A stretch of 63,208 nucleotides of DNA, the filler included, from Octopus bimaculoides (Eukaryota), in assembly GCF_001194135.2 (NCBI RefSeq). It is 4 parts of 4 records of this genome, joined end to end, with 100 filler letters (N's around TTAATTAATTAA, not from the genome) between each part and the next. Parts side by side here need not be neighbours in the genome. Positions count along the whole stretch, not along the records: positions 6,310 to 36,563 come from NC_068985.1; 3 more parts are not named here. One strand, given 5' to 3'. Below, piece by piece: positions 11,575 through 24,107 of this stretch (positions are counted from its first letter, which is position 1; every line of letters starts with the position of its first letter). The notes under the pieces are model-generated. The model was not told the DNA's origin. It ran no database searches and saw only the letters and a program-made list of their open reading frames with translations. The position numbers and the translations under genes were made by a program.

Positions 11575-12030
11575 TTTTCTATCTTTCATTTGTTTCAGTG
11601 ATTTGGCTGCGGCCATGTTGGGCCACCACCTTGAATAATTTTTGGTCGAAAGAATCGGCCCTAGTACTTATCTCTTGTAAAGCCTGGTACTTATTCTATC
11701 GGTTTCTGTTTTTTGTCGAACCGCTAAGTTACGAAGGCGCAAACACACCAAGACGGGTTTTCAACCGTTGGTGGGGGTCAGAGACACAAATGCGACCCCC
11801 CACGCACACACACACACACACACACCCAACACACACATATACAAACACACAAACACACACACAAACACATACGACGAGTTTCTTTCAGTTTCCGTCTATC
11901 AAATTTGCTTACAAGCTTTGGTCGGCCTGAAGTTATAGTACAAAGCACTTGCCCAAAGTTCCACAGAGTGGAACTGAACCCGGGACCATGTGGTTAGGAA
12001 GCAAGCTTCTTACCACACAGCCACACCTAG
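11575..12030 (-). mobile_element. SINE family C, full length with internal (CA)n
   Basis: Head and tail both match the other copies. Confidence 0.85.
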
Positions 12031-12683
12031 GTTAAGCTTTTTCGTTTTTCTCCCTGATTTTCATATTATCATACGCAAATGTTAGTGAATATGATTAAAT
12101 GCGTTACAATATTACACAGTTTTTGATTTCAATTCCCACAGGGTGCGACTATTGTTTTTATTCTTCCATTTATAATCAGTATTATGTAATATACTATGTA
12201 ATATCCTCAGAAACAACAGGTGGACCTACGCAGTTGCCGAGTGGTATCCAACAGATCGGAAAAAGCTATTTGGAAGGCTTTCACGGCGATAGAAAGACGA
12301 TTTAGTTGAGCGATTTGGGTGAAGATCGAAAAGAATGACACAATCAAGAAACAAATGGACGTGCATTATGCCCAGCGGTGTACAATAGCATCTGATGGCC
12401 TGGTCAATACTGTGATTATATAAATAAGCAGGTCGTTTATGACATTTCTAAAGCAAGGGACGCATATATTGTTCAAAATAGTTTCTGCATACGCCATTCC
12501 AGAGTACCCAATGTAGCTTCTCGGTAGTGTCTCATGCGTAGACTTGCTAGTTCAGATGACGGGTAACACGGTTACAAAATTGTCCTTAATACTTAATTCA
12601 GTTATGATACAAGTATTACTTCACAGTGCTAATTGTCGAGATATTCCAGGTGTCCGACAGCGTGACCATCACGTTCACTTTTC

Positions 12684-13563
12684 TACCAAGTTGAGTCAAA
12701 AGTTTTTTTTTTTCAGATTTTCACTGATGATTTTTGGCAACTCATATCTTCGTGTTATATCATTAATTTGATACAACATATCCAGTTGTAAGTGAAATGT
12801 TTATTCTTCATTTTCATATATAACATGTAAGCATTAATTGTGTATTCATTATTTTATAACTTTAACAATGAGTGGTGAAAACATTGAAATTAGTCATATT
12901 ATGTTACCCATGGAGAAAAGGATTGAGTGCGGAGGCAGCGGCAAAAGAGATTTTCGATGCGGAAGGCCAAGGGACTTTCAACGAACGTGTAGTACAAAAC
13001 TGGTTCACGTGTTGCAAAGAAGGTGGCACCAGCCTCGAGGTCAAACTAAGGTCAGGGAGAGGTTCCCTTGTGGAAGATGAGGCCTTGATTAAATTTGGTT
13101 GAACAGCCAGGCACATTGTCGGCAAAATTTAGTCCTTCACAAAGTACCATCAATCAACATAGCCTTGTGAACAGGAAACTGTCAGAAGCTCGTCTTGAAC
13201 AGACCAATGATTAAGCCCAACAAAGTGTGAACAGTTGCAAGCATCTACCGGCAGATCCTGGAGGTGCCCGTTTTTGGAGTCGAATTGTAACTGCGGATGA
13301 AAAGTGAATCTATTTTTGTAATCCTTATAAGAGAAATCAGTGGTTTCATTCCGGCTAGGCTTCAAACCCTCTTGTCAAACGCTCTTGTCAAACAAGGGCC
13401 GTTCGAACAGAAGGTCATGTGTGATTGGTGGAATTTCGATGGAAACGGACAATAAAATATGGTGGAATATATTTTGATGAATAAGCGATTTTCGCACGTA
13501 ATTTGTTCGAAGTATTAATTATAGTTTGAAATACGAAAAACACTTTTGACTCAAACTAGAATA
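12684..13563 (+). mobile_element. Internally deleted mariner-family DNA transposon
   Basis: Imperfect TIRs (ttgagtcaaaagt at about 12691 / acttttgactcaaa at about 13542) with TA at the ends. Transposase HTH remnant KGLSAEAAAKEIFDAEGQGTFNERVVQNWF...SLEVKLRSGR. Confidence 0.85.
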
Positions 13564-16363
13564 TTCCGTTTTCAGTTGTATAATTCCCAACATAACAAAC
13601 TTTCAAGCAGTTTATCAACACGTCCAAAAGCAAAAGAGCATTCCTTAACGAATTCATCATACGGTTCGAAACGGTTCATATGGCTTGTTACTTCGTCTGT
13701 TGGCTGAATAATTGCTGCTGCTGGTCGGAGTGTTCTAGTTTCCTTGAACAGAATATAACACGAGCGGTGCTTAAACAGTCGCTACGTAGTCATGGCCGGC
13801 CTCATGAAAAGCTTTAAATTTATCAATATTAATCGGTACCCAATTCTTTCTAAACAACAAAACCACTTCTCGGTTCCCATAACTGAGTATACTTTCAAAT
13901 CCGCTCCATTTGCGATATATATTTGCGAATACCATAGTGAAAGTAGCGGAACAATCACACAGGTCGTCTTATATCACGGCTGTCATTTTAGGTTTTTCAC
14001 TTCACATGAAATCTATTGAGAATCATGGTTAGACCTACACCGTCTTACCCAGACTGTTGCAAATAGAGTCGCTAGAAGATTTGACACCGCATTGAATCGA
14101 AAAGCACATATTCATTCTTATCCGTCAAAAATCAAAACCGTGCTTTTTATAGCAAACGGCCACTCGAATGATTTTTCGCTCAGTTGTGTTTCTTGTTACA
14201 GAAATTCGCATTTTCTATGCTAACACGTCAAATATGAATTTCTTAACTCTCCTAACATTCTTACTAGCTATTCTTTAGGATATTGTTGTCTATTGTGCTA
14301 CGCCCTTACTAAACTTAATCAATCATTCCCTTTAAGGAAAATGTACTGCTGTTTGTTGACCACCTCACTCAACTCCCGTCCAACTCATGAATACGAGTAG
14401 TTTAATCTTGCAGTGTGAGTATGAGACAATCAGCTTCTCGTAATCAAGTCTATTTCTTTGTATACTGTAGTTTACAAAATTGTAGTCAGTGTATCCTACC
14501 GTCCGATAATATTGACAAATGATGTTGTTCGTATACTCTGACCCCGCAAAATGCTTTCTTTGTCGATGCGATTTGGATGATTCGATATTTTTCTTCTTAG
14601 TTAATATTAGCATATTCAAGAAATCCAAGTGGTACTTATCAATTCGACAGTTGGAAATGCTTGACAGTTTATGAGTGTTGTCATTAATGTTGTCGTGCTT
14701 GTTGTTGCTGATATTCTCGTTTCTATAGCATTTGCAGTTGCTGTGTAATCCCAGATTGAGAAGGTCAAAGACCAAAGCCTTTCAGCTATAGCCACTCTTT
14801 CTTGTTAACAAGAGAATTTGAGCTTTTTTAAAACTCGCAGTACTGCTTACAAAACATGTGGGCAATACATTCTTCCCGTTCTCTTTCGGAACTCGCTGTC
14901 CCACGTAGGTGGCAAGAGTATGAACTTATCATTCCAACACAGAGTAATTGAGTAAAATTTGTATCCGCATCCAAGTATATTTAAAATGTCGCCGGAATAT
15001 TTCAAACCCAGATGATAAATAATTTAATGGTGAAATCCCATCGAAATAGCCATCTTTTAATTTGTATTCGCATGCATGTATATTTAAAATGTTTCCGGAA
15101 TATTTTAAACCCAGATGATAAATAATTTGATGATCAAATCCAGTCGGAATATCCATCATGTAATAGTGATGGTAATTGTTTTTATGATTCACAATTTTAT
15201 TTGTTTCTGCATAAATGTTTACCGATTATTTATGAAATATTTGATGTATCTCGTACATGCGTTTAGAACTACCTTACATGTGGATAATATTTCAAAATCA
15301 ACAATAGTGGAACATTTTATTGTTATAGTTAAACCATAATACACATCTACTTTGGAAGTAGTAGTGTCAAATGATTGATGAACGGTAGATAGTTCATGTT
15401 GATAGACAAGAATAGATAGTTTATGTAATTTGCGAAACATTATTACACTCAAAATATTTGAGTACTAACAAGGTGAATATGCAATGAAGATATTATATGT
15501 CTCAAGAACATTATTGCTAACCTAACTACTTTAGAAGGAAATCAGAAAGCAATAGTAGCTGTAACACTCTATTCGATTACCATACTAGGGTAACTGATTT
15601 ACCACTATTACTGATATCCAATGTTCCTTTTCTTAATAGAACAATAACTCTTGAGATATATTCATGAAAATCGCGTGGTTATCAACAGCCAGCAACTTAT
15701 ATAGTAATAAATTATAGTTGTATTATTTTGCAATATAAAATAAGAGAACGCACAATATTTCACTCATTATTTTTATTAGCAAAAGAAAAAAGAATACAAT
15801 GCAAAGTTTGTCATTTATCTCATAAATTTGATCAGACAGAGTNNNNNNNNNNNNNNNNNNNNNNNNNNNNNNNNNNNNNNNNNNNNNNNNNNNNNNNNNN
15901 NNNNNNNNNNNNNNNNNNNNNNNNNNNNNNNNNNNNNNNNNNNNNNNNNNNNNNNNATATATATATATATATATATAATTGTTAACATTTACTACTGATG
16001 AAAAATATAAATTAAAAAAACCGCCTACATATGGCATTATAGAAGAGGAAAAGTAATATCGTGACGGTTTTCTTACCCGAAAACATCAAACAATAAAATA
16101 AGAATAAAAAGTCATGAGGAATATGTTTTAAATTCCGTTATCAAAGTGCACTATTAGTATATAGATAAAACAAATGCAAGTATGTAGTAATATTGTAAAA
16201 TATAATCACAATTAAAGTTAGCTGTGTAATTATTAGTTAATTTCTGATCAGTTCTCACAATATACTTTCAATGAAAACATTTCATTTTTAATTACCAAGA
16301 ACAAAAAGAAAAGAAATCGAAATAGTCAGTGGGGTATATCCTTACATCACCCAATTTTGTACT

Positions 16364-17804
16364 CTAAGTTAAACGATTAATCGCTAAATCTTTTGTTGAA
16401 AGTCTGTCAACTTTTCCGTTCCCTAGTTTAGGAAACCTATCAAACTGTATAATACAGTCAGGGGTGGATGTTACATAATCGAAGTAACTTGGCTGAGGCA
16501 TATGCTCATTGCAGAACTTAAGGATTGACTTCTCATCAAATTTTTTCCCAGTTTTCATAATGACACAAGCACAAACTTTTAATTCATGTTCTTCATCCGG
16601 GATAGGAACAACTACAACACAATCAACATCTGGGTGACGCTGTACATGCTGCTCAACAAATTTAGTTGATATTTTTCTAGCTGACTTCTGAATGAAGTCA
16701 ACGTCTCTGCCAAGCATAATTATTTCCTTATTCTCAGTCATTTTACAAATGTCTCTTGTCTTAAACCATCCATTATCTAGAACTGATTTTCCATCAGCTG
16801 AAACCTTCGTACACCACCTACTTCGTGCACATAAATAACCTTCTTTTCCGATATCGACAATATCGTTATGGTCATCAACAATTTTCGCTTCCACATTAGG
16901 TAGTAGTGGACCTATGAGTCCCGGAAAATATTCCCCAATATTATTCTTACTGAATCTCTTCACTGCAATCATTAGGGTTTCGGCAGTTGAAAGAAAGTTG
17001 TCAATAGTTTTTGTCCAAGATAAACCTTGTTTCATAGCATCATAGGTAGGTATATCACCAGCTAACATAACTAAATCTAAAATCGGTTTATCTCCTGTAC
17101 ATAAACGTAAATCAGCTGGAATCATAGATGAAATATTACAGCTCTCCTTCGTTAAGAGATTCTTAAGTTTCTGGAAATCCTTTGGGCAGTTTAAGCTACA
17201 CATATCTGCAGAGACATATTTGCACCCAGTTGCTATAAATGAGAGAGGATATGATCCACCAAAGCCCATATAACGTTCATTAAAAACTACATCATTCGAT
17301 GTTATACCAGCTCCATCACAATAACACTCTGCACAGTTGATGACATCAAAGCTGCTATGAGTAACTCGCTTAGGTTTCCCTGTTGACCCAGATGTTTGCA
17401 CAATGATTGTAACATCTTCGGGTTCCATGTGGGGAAAGTTAAATGTTTGGCAGTTGGTTGAACGTAGAGACTTTATTTCAGAAACGTTTATAGCTAAACG
17501 CAGTTTTGGAAAAGTTTCACTGACCACATTACCGTTTTCGAAAATATCTGCTACCTTAAGTAATTTATTGTAAAAGGCTGGATCTGAATCAAAAACAGCT
17601 GCCACACAATCTTCTAGCATGGGTAAGAAATCCGCTTGTCCTGCCCAGAGTCTCACCGAACATCCTCCAGCCATCATAATGCCGCTGTCATATGCCATCC
17701 ACTCAACACAGTTCGATACACAGAGGGCAATTCGATCACCTTTCTTGATTCCTTTTCCCACAAGAAACTTTGCAAACACTTCAGTACTTTCGTAGAGTTC
17801 TCTC
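16364..17804 (-). CDS. Coding exon 2 of an ANL-superfamily AMP-dependent synthetase/ligase (acyl-CoA synthetase/ACSF2-like or luciferase-like)
   Basis: Uninterrupted 1441-nt frame. Motifs: P-loop QTSGSTGKPK, GWFKTRD (A7 Asp), LGRDVDFI (A8), FPKLGNGKVDR (A10 Lys). The acceptor tttcttttaag|G (AG at 17806-17805) is in frame with the supplied ORF 16364..17779 and adds RELYESTE. Confidence 0.93.
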
Positions 17805-18698
17805 CTTAAAAGAAAGTAATAAAGGAAATGCAGATAATACCTCGGTAAGTTGAATGCATGTTACAAATATATTTAAGTGCTTGAGGATTACGCTACATAC
17901 ATACAACATATATATNNNNNNNNNNNNNNNNNNNNNNNNNNNNNNNNNNNNNNNNNNNNNNNNNNNNNNNNNNNNNNNNNNNNNNNNNNNNNNNNNNNNN
18001 NNNNNNNNNNNNNNNNNNNNNNNNNNNNNNNNNNNNNNNNNNNNNNNNNNNNNNNNNNNNNNNNNNNNNNNNNNNNNNNNNNNNNNNNNNNNNNNNNNNN
18101 NNNNNNNNNNNNNNNNNNNNNNNNNNNNNNNNNNNNNNNNNNNNNNNNNNNNNNNNNNNNNNNNNNNNNNNNNNNNNNNNNNNNNNNNNNNNNNNNNNNN
18201 NNNNNNNNNNNNNNNNNNNNNNNNNNNNNNNNNNNNNNNNNNNNNNNNNNNNNNNNNNNNNNNNNNNNNNNNNNNNNNNNNNNNNNNNNNNNNNNNNNNN
18301 NNNNNNNNNNNNNNNNNNNNNNNNNNNNNNNNNNNNNNNNNNNNNNNNNNNNNNNNNNNNNNNNNNNNNNNNNNNNNNNNNNNNNNNNNNNNNNNNNNNN
18401 NNNNNNNNNNNNNNNNNNNNNNNNNNNNNNNNNNNNNNNNNNNNNNNNNNNNNNNNNNNNNNNNNNNNNNNNNNNNNNNNNNNNNNNNNNNNNNNNNNNN
18501 NNNNNNNNNNNNNNNNNNNNNNNNNNNNNNNNTATATATATATGTATGTATGTATGTATATGTATATGTATGTATGTATGTATGCATGCATGTATGTATG
18601 TATGTATGTATGTATGTATGTATGTATTTATATATACCTCTGGCGAGTTAACGTGAGTCTCTTTTACGACAATATAACCTTCATATAATTAAGGCATC

Positions 18699-18785
18699 TC
18701 CGGCCTGACGAGTAGCTAGCGGAGTACTCCTCGAGTAATTATTATCTCTGAGGATCTGCTAGATAGGAAATTTACGAAGCCTGGA
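18699..18785 (+). ncRNA. Decayed type I hammerhead-like motif with a long stem II, antisense inside the ANL intron
   Basis: TCCGGC CTGACGA G TAGCTAGC...GCTAGATA G GAAA T-TTAC-G A A GCCTGGA. Spacing is exact; C11.1 and U16.1 are substituted. Confidence 0.5.
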
Positions 18786-18999
18786 TTTTACCTGCTCCAC
18801 TCCCTAGGCTGTTATATATATACATATATATTCTTTGGCGGTCAATCAATAAAATAAGAACAAGCTGAGCACTGCGGCCTACGTAATCGAGTTACACCCT
18901 CGCTTGATATTGCTGGCCTTGTACCAAAATTTGAAAGCAATATATACTGAATTAATTTCTCATGAATACATATTGAACCTGATGAAATAGGATACTTTT

Positions 19000-19194
19000 T
19001 ACTCTTTTACTTGTTTCAGTCATTTGACTGTGGCCATGCCGGAGCACCGCCTTTAGTCGAGCAAATCGACCCCAGGACTTATTCTTTGTAAGCCTAGTAC
19101 TTATTCTATCGGTCTCTTTTGCCGAGCCGCTAAGTTACGGGAACGTAAACACACCAGCATCGGTTGTCAAGCGATGTTGGGGGGACAAACACAG

Positions 19195-19246
<52 letters not shown>

Positions 19247-19432
19247 AAACACAAACACACATATATATATACATACATACGACGGGCTTCTTTCAGTTTC
19301 GTCTACCAAATCCACTCACAAGGCTTTGGTTGGCCCGAGGCTATAATAGAAGGCACTTGCCCAAGGTGCCACGCAGTGGGACTGAACCCGGAACCATGTG
19401 GTTGGTAAGCAAGCTGCTTATCACACAGCTAT
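19000..19432 (-). mobile_element. SINE family C, full length, in the ANL intron
   Basis: High similarity to the other family C copies, with an internal (CA)n tract. Confidence 0.88.
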
Positions 19433-19905
19433 GTAGTATCATATATACCACACAGTTCTATGTTGAAGTGCTCCGGTCCTTTATATTGCGTGATTTTCTT
19501 TTTTAGAAATATAGCTTAAGATCCGACGTACACATATCTGATAAACACTAAAAAAAAATCTTTGTTGGATTAAAATGTTAATAGGATATTGTGTTATTTG
19601 TAAGAAGAAAACATGCGCCAAAGTCTAATGTAATTTCATTATATAATTTCTCTCTTTCTATAAATAGATTCATATTGGATGGCATTCTATACTGAAATAT
19701 GGTTAATAAATCACTTTGCAAAATAAGGTTCTTTTTGACTGAATTAATCTTCTCTTTTTTGCAATACATCCAAAAGGGTGTTTGTAAATCGCTATTCTGT
19801 GGAAGGTGTCGCTGAGATACGAAAGGTTCTAAACCCCTGTGTTAAATCTTTCCAATAAGGAAAGTGGAAATATCTCAGAGAAAATATAAAATTGATAGTA
19901 CTTAC

Positions 19906-20051
19906 CTTGTTATCTGTGTTCGTTGCATTTTGTTGTCATAATAAGCAAATGCCACTTTTTCCGGATCTTCAAGCGCAAAACGAAACAATCTTTTTGGAAT
20001 AGTTTCGTAACTTAGCTGACGAATACTTGATGCGTGAGAATAACTCTTCAT
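19906..20051 (-). CDS. Coding exon 1 of the same ANL enzyme (MKSYSHASSIRQLSYETIPKRLFRFALEDPEKVAFAYYDNKMQRTQIT)
   Basis: ATG at 20051 with an in-frame TAA 15 nt upstream. The exon is 146 nt (48 codons + AG) and ends at donor AAG|gtaagt. Phase 2 matches exon 2 (AG+G = Arg). The peptide resembles the SYxH...TI...L...P.K.A N-terminus of ACSF2-like enzymes. Confidence 0.88.
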
Positions 20052-20099
20052 TTTGTCAATATTTTATAATTCAACGAACAGATAATATTCTCTGAGAAG

Positions 20100-20122
20100 C
20101 TTTAAAAAAGAAATAGAAAATG
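20100..20122 (-). promoter_or_regulatory. Probable 3' splice acceptor of a 5'-UTR intron of the ANL gene
   Basis: Minus strand reads cattttctatttcttttttaaag|cttctcag about 48 nt upstream of the ATG. No upstream exon was identified. Confidence 0.5.
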
Positions 20123-20484
20123 TCATTGATAATTGGATAACATTTAATAATTTGTATGGTAGGCTATTATATAATACAGAGAATGGAAACTTCGATTTAA
20201 TGACGAAATCCATTCCAATTTCAATGTAGATTGTCAAAAAATTTCAACTGATCTCACTGATTTTATCTACCTTTTGTATTTCTAACAACAATCATGGTAG
20301 GAGTTTTCGTCCACTAACAGCTTCCAGAAAAACAGTTGATCGGAGCATCTCAGTTAAAAAACTATAATACATATAGGAGACCCTACTATATTACAAGAAC
20401 GCTTCTCGGTGGTATTTTCCACTATCATATATATTCATGATATTCTTGCATATTGTCACAACATAATCTTTCTGTTTATCTATC

Positions 20485-20535
<51 letters not shown>

Positions 20536-20757
20536 TTATCTATCTATCTATCATTCTATCATTCTATCTGTTTGTGTATACATTTACACACACACACACA
20601 CATATGCATGTAGATAAACAATGACACATATACATTCATATATTTCTACATAGGTGCATCTATGTTTACCGACTTATCTACCTTCATACATATATACATG
20701 CATACACGCATACATACATACACACACGCGTAGACACACACGTATACATGTACATAA

Positions 20758-20792
<35 letters not shown>

Positions 20793-20848
20793 CTTACTTA
20801 CTTACTTAGAAATAGATGCGTCGCTTTCAGTTGAATAATATATACACG

Positions 20849-20906
<58 letters not shown>

Positions 20907-21502
20907 CATACATTCATACATACACATACACAGGTAGATACACACGCGCGTGCACGCACGCAGGCACACGCACAAACATACACACACACACACATATATA
21001 CATATAAATTTCGATTTCGTCAGTCTCTTTCTACTTTGAGTTTCCCTTACAGGCTGCACAGAATCTCGAAGCAAGTTATGACTGAAAATTAATAGACTTT
21101 CAACATTTATATTTAATTTTTTTGAGATAGGGTCGGGGATGGAAAGAATGCAGCGGGAGGAAGAGAAAAAGAAGGAACAAAAAGAAGAAAGCAAACACAA
21201 TATGTAGGGAAAGTAATAGACAGAAAATGAAGACAGGGGAAAATAGTGAATAGCTGAACTATCGACGATTCCTCCAAAATGGTATAGTCTTCTCTATAAC
21301 TTCGTTTTCTTTCATTTTAATTATCGTGCTTTTTCAGTAATACTTTATCTACAACTCTCCAAATATTCATTTAATTCTTAAATATTTCCTGTGTTACTCC
21401 ATAATTTGTTTACGACGTTGGTATCTATTCATATTTTGTCTATCACCCAATCAGTAACGCTACTGCTATCCATTTTAACAGTACATATACAGCGTGTTCA
21501 GC

Positions 21503-21832
21503 GGAGGCGTTATGGTCCAGTGGCTAAGGCAGTGGACTTGCAGTCGTAGGATCGTGGTTTCAATTCCCAGACCGGGCGTTGTGAGTGTTTTTTTGAGCGA
21601 AAGCACCTAAAGCTCCACGAGGCTCCGGCAGGGGATGGTGGTGAACCCTGTTGTACTCTTTCACCACAACTTTCTCTCACTCCTACTTCCTGTTTCTGTT
21701 GTGCCTGTAATTCAAAGGGTCAGCCTTGTCACACTGTGTCACGCTGAATATCCCCAAGAACTACGTTAAGAGTACACGTGTCTGTGGAGTGCTCAGCCAC
21801 TTGCACATTAATTTCACGAGCAGGCTGTTCCG
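21503..21832 (+). mobile_element. SINE family B, truncated by an N gap
   Basis: ggaggcgttatggtccagtggctaagg...aaagcacctaaagctccacgaggctccggcagggg. Confidence 0.85.
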
Positions 21833-22713
21833 NNNNNNNNNNNNNNNNNNNNNNNNNNNNNNNNNNNNNNNNNNNNNNNNNNNNNNNNNNNNNNNNNNNN
21901 NNNNNNNNNNNNNNNNNNNNNNNNNNNNNNNNNNNNNNNNNNNNNNNNNNNNNNNNNNNNNNNNNNNNNNNNNNNNNNNNNNNNNNNNNNNNNNNNNNNN
22001 NNNNNNNNNNNNNNNNNNNNNNNNNNNNNNNNNNNNNNNNNNNNNNNNNNNNNNNNNNNNNNNNNNNNNNNNNNNNNNNNNNNNNNNNNNNNNNNNNNNN
22101 NNNNNNNNNNNNNNNNNNNNNNNNNNNNNNNNNNNNNNNNNNNNNNNNNNNNNNNNNNNNNNNNNNNNNNNNNNNNNNNNNNNNNNNNNNNNNNNNNNNN
22201 NNNNNNNNNNNNNNNNNNNNNNNNNNNNNNNNNNNNNNNNNNNNNNNNNNNNNNNNNNNNNNNNNNNNNNNNNNNNNNNNNNNNNNNNNNNNNNNNNNNN
22301 NNNNNNNNNNNNNNNNNNNNNNNNNNNNNNNNNNNNNNNNNNNNNNNNNNNNNNNNNNNNNNNNNNNNNNNNNNNNNNNNNNNNNNNNNNNNNNNNNNNN
22401 NNNNNNNNNNNNNNNNNNNNNNNNNNNNNNNNNNNNNNNNNNNNNNNNNNNNNNNNNNNNNNNNNNNNNNNNNNNNNNNNNNNNNNNNNNNNNNNNNNNN
22501 NNNNNNNNNNNNNNNNNNNNNNNNNNNNNNNNNNNNNNNNNNNNNNNNNNNNNNNNNNNNNNNNNNNNNNNNNNNNNNNNNNNNNNNNNNNNNNNNNNNN
22601 NNNNNNNNNNNNNNAGAAATAGATCACATCTTGTGTCTATTAAGACCTAAATTGTTCTCAACATGAAATATAGTAGCATTAATTTTCCACGTTAGTGGTC
22701 GACGTTATTTAAA

Positions 22714-22744
<31 letters not shown>

Positions 22745-24070
22745 CATACATACACACACACATATGCAGGCACTTAGATAAATTTCGGCCAGAATTGGAC
22801 CAGACCATGATTAAATTTATAGCAACACCTGGAAAAGATATTTTGAATAAGAAATGACCAAGTGTTGTTAGCTAATTGGTCATTGATCTGAGTGGATCGA
22901 ATATTCTCAACTCAATACTAGATATGTGACACTCTGCCGTATTTATAGTTTTACAGGTGTAGCTTCTCTTTGCGGAATATTTCCTGTGTTATAGTGTTTC
23001 TGATATTTTGTAGTTTGAATAAAGGGCGTGAGAGGAATATGAATAATTATATAAGAGAGACAGAGAGAGAGAGGGTGTGTGAGAAAGATAGGAAGAGAGA
23101 ATGAAAGAAAGTTAGAGAGAGATAGGAAGAGAGAAAGAAGGATCGTGAGAGAGAGAGGGGGGAGTGAGAGAGAGAGGGGAGAGAGAGAGGGGGAGAGAGA
23201 GAGGGGGAGAGAGAGAGAATGAGAGATGGTAAAGTGAACATGTCGGTGTGTGTTCAGTACAAATATAACTATTACATAAATGTAATGTCCGCTACGTCCG
23301 CTTATAAAATTTGCAGAAAATTCAAACAAATGTGCAAGATTTCAATGAATTGTTTATATTAAATAAGTGAAGAAAAGACAAATGGTAGTTTCATAAAATT
23401 CTAAGACGCTGCCTACATATTATACTCAGGAATACATTAAAAAGCTCTCATTCTTTTTTCAGGAGTGTCTGAAATTCAATGAAAACTCTGCACTAAATAA
23501 TCGAAAAAGTACATAATACATTGTGCATTTCAAATGTCTAAAAATATCCAATGAAATTCATGAATATTTTGCAAGCTTTTTATTTCATAATCAAATTTCG
23601 TTCCATTCTACGTCTTTCCTTTCACAATAAACATATGATAATATAATTGGCTGCTCTCTTTTGTCTGGGGGATTATTTGCTTCGTTCCATCTCAACACCT
23701 CATTGTAGGTAACTTTAAGTAAGAAGTTTACATTTGTAAGAAGTAGTAGCAGTCAAAATAGAATGAGACTCAACAGTCCACTCTCCATGAATTCTATAAG
23801 TTTAACACCATATATAGTAGCATCTTCTGTAGTGACAAAGTCATGTACGGCACAGTTTACAAAAACTACATAATATTAGAATCTAGAAAAATACCACATC
23901 GATTTCTATATATGATAATACTCCACAAGCTATCATATTCCTTTGTGTTAATAATTCCTCATAAACTATTATTCAAGTTTTGTATCTTGAACGGCAGAAA
24001 AATGAATTCTTTTTTTTTTTAATTTGCTTAACAGTATAAAATCTAATTAAAATACATACAAAAAGGAATG

Positions 24071-24107
<37 letters not shown>

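Larger units (their letters stand above)
17805..19905 (-). other. Phase-2 GT-AG intron of the ANL gene (contains an N gap, a hammerhead-like motif and a SINE)
   Basis: gtaagt donor at 19905, polypyrimidine tract plus aag acceptor at 17805; the reading frame is preserved across the junction. Confidence 0.88.

Noticed and set aside
12200-12560. Possible Gypsy integrase C-terminal remnant
   Set aside because: The resemblance is too weak and fragmented to support.
14365-14775. 136-aa minus-strand ORF
   Set aside because: No motifs, no true ATG start, and a composition consistent with a chance frame.
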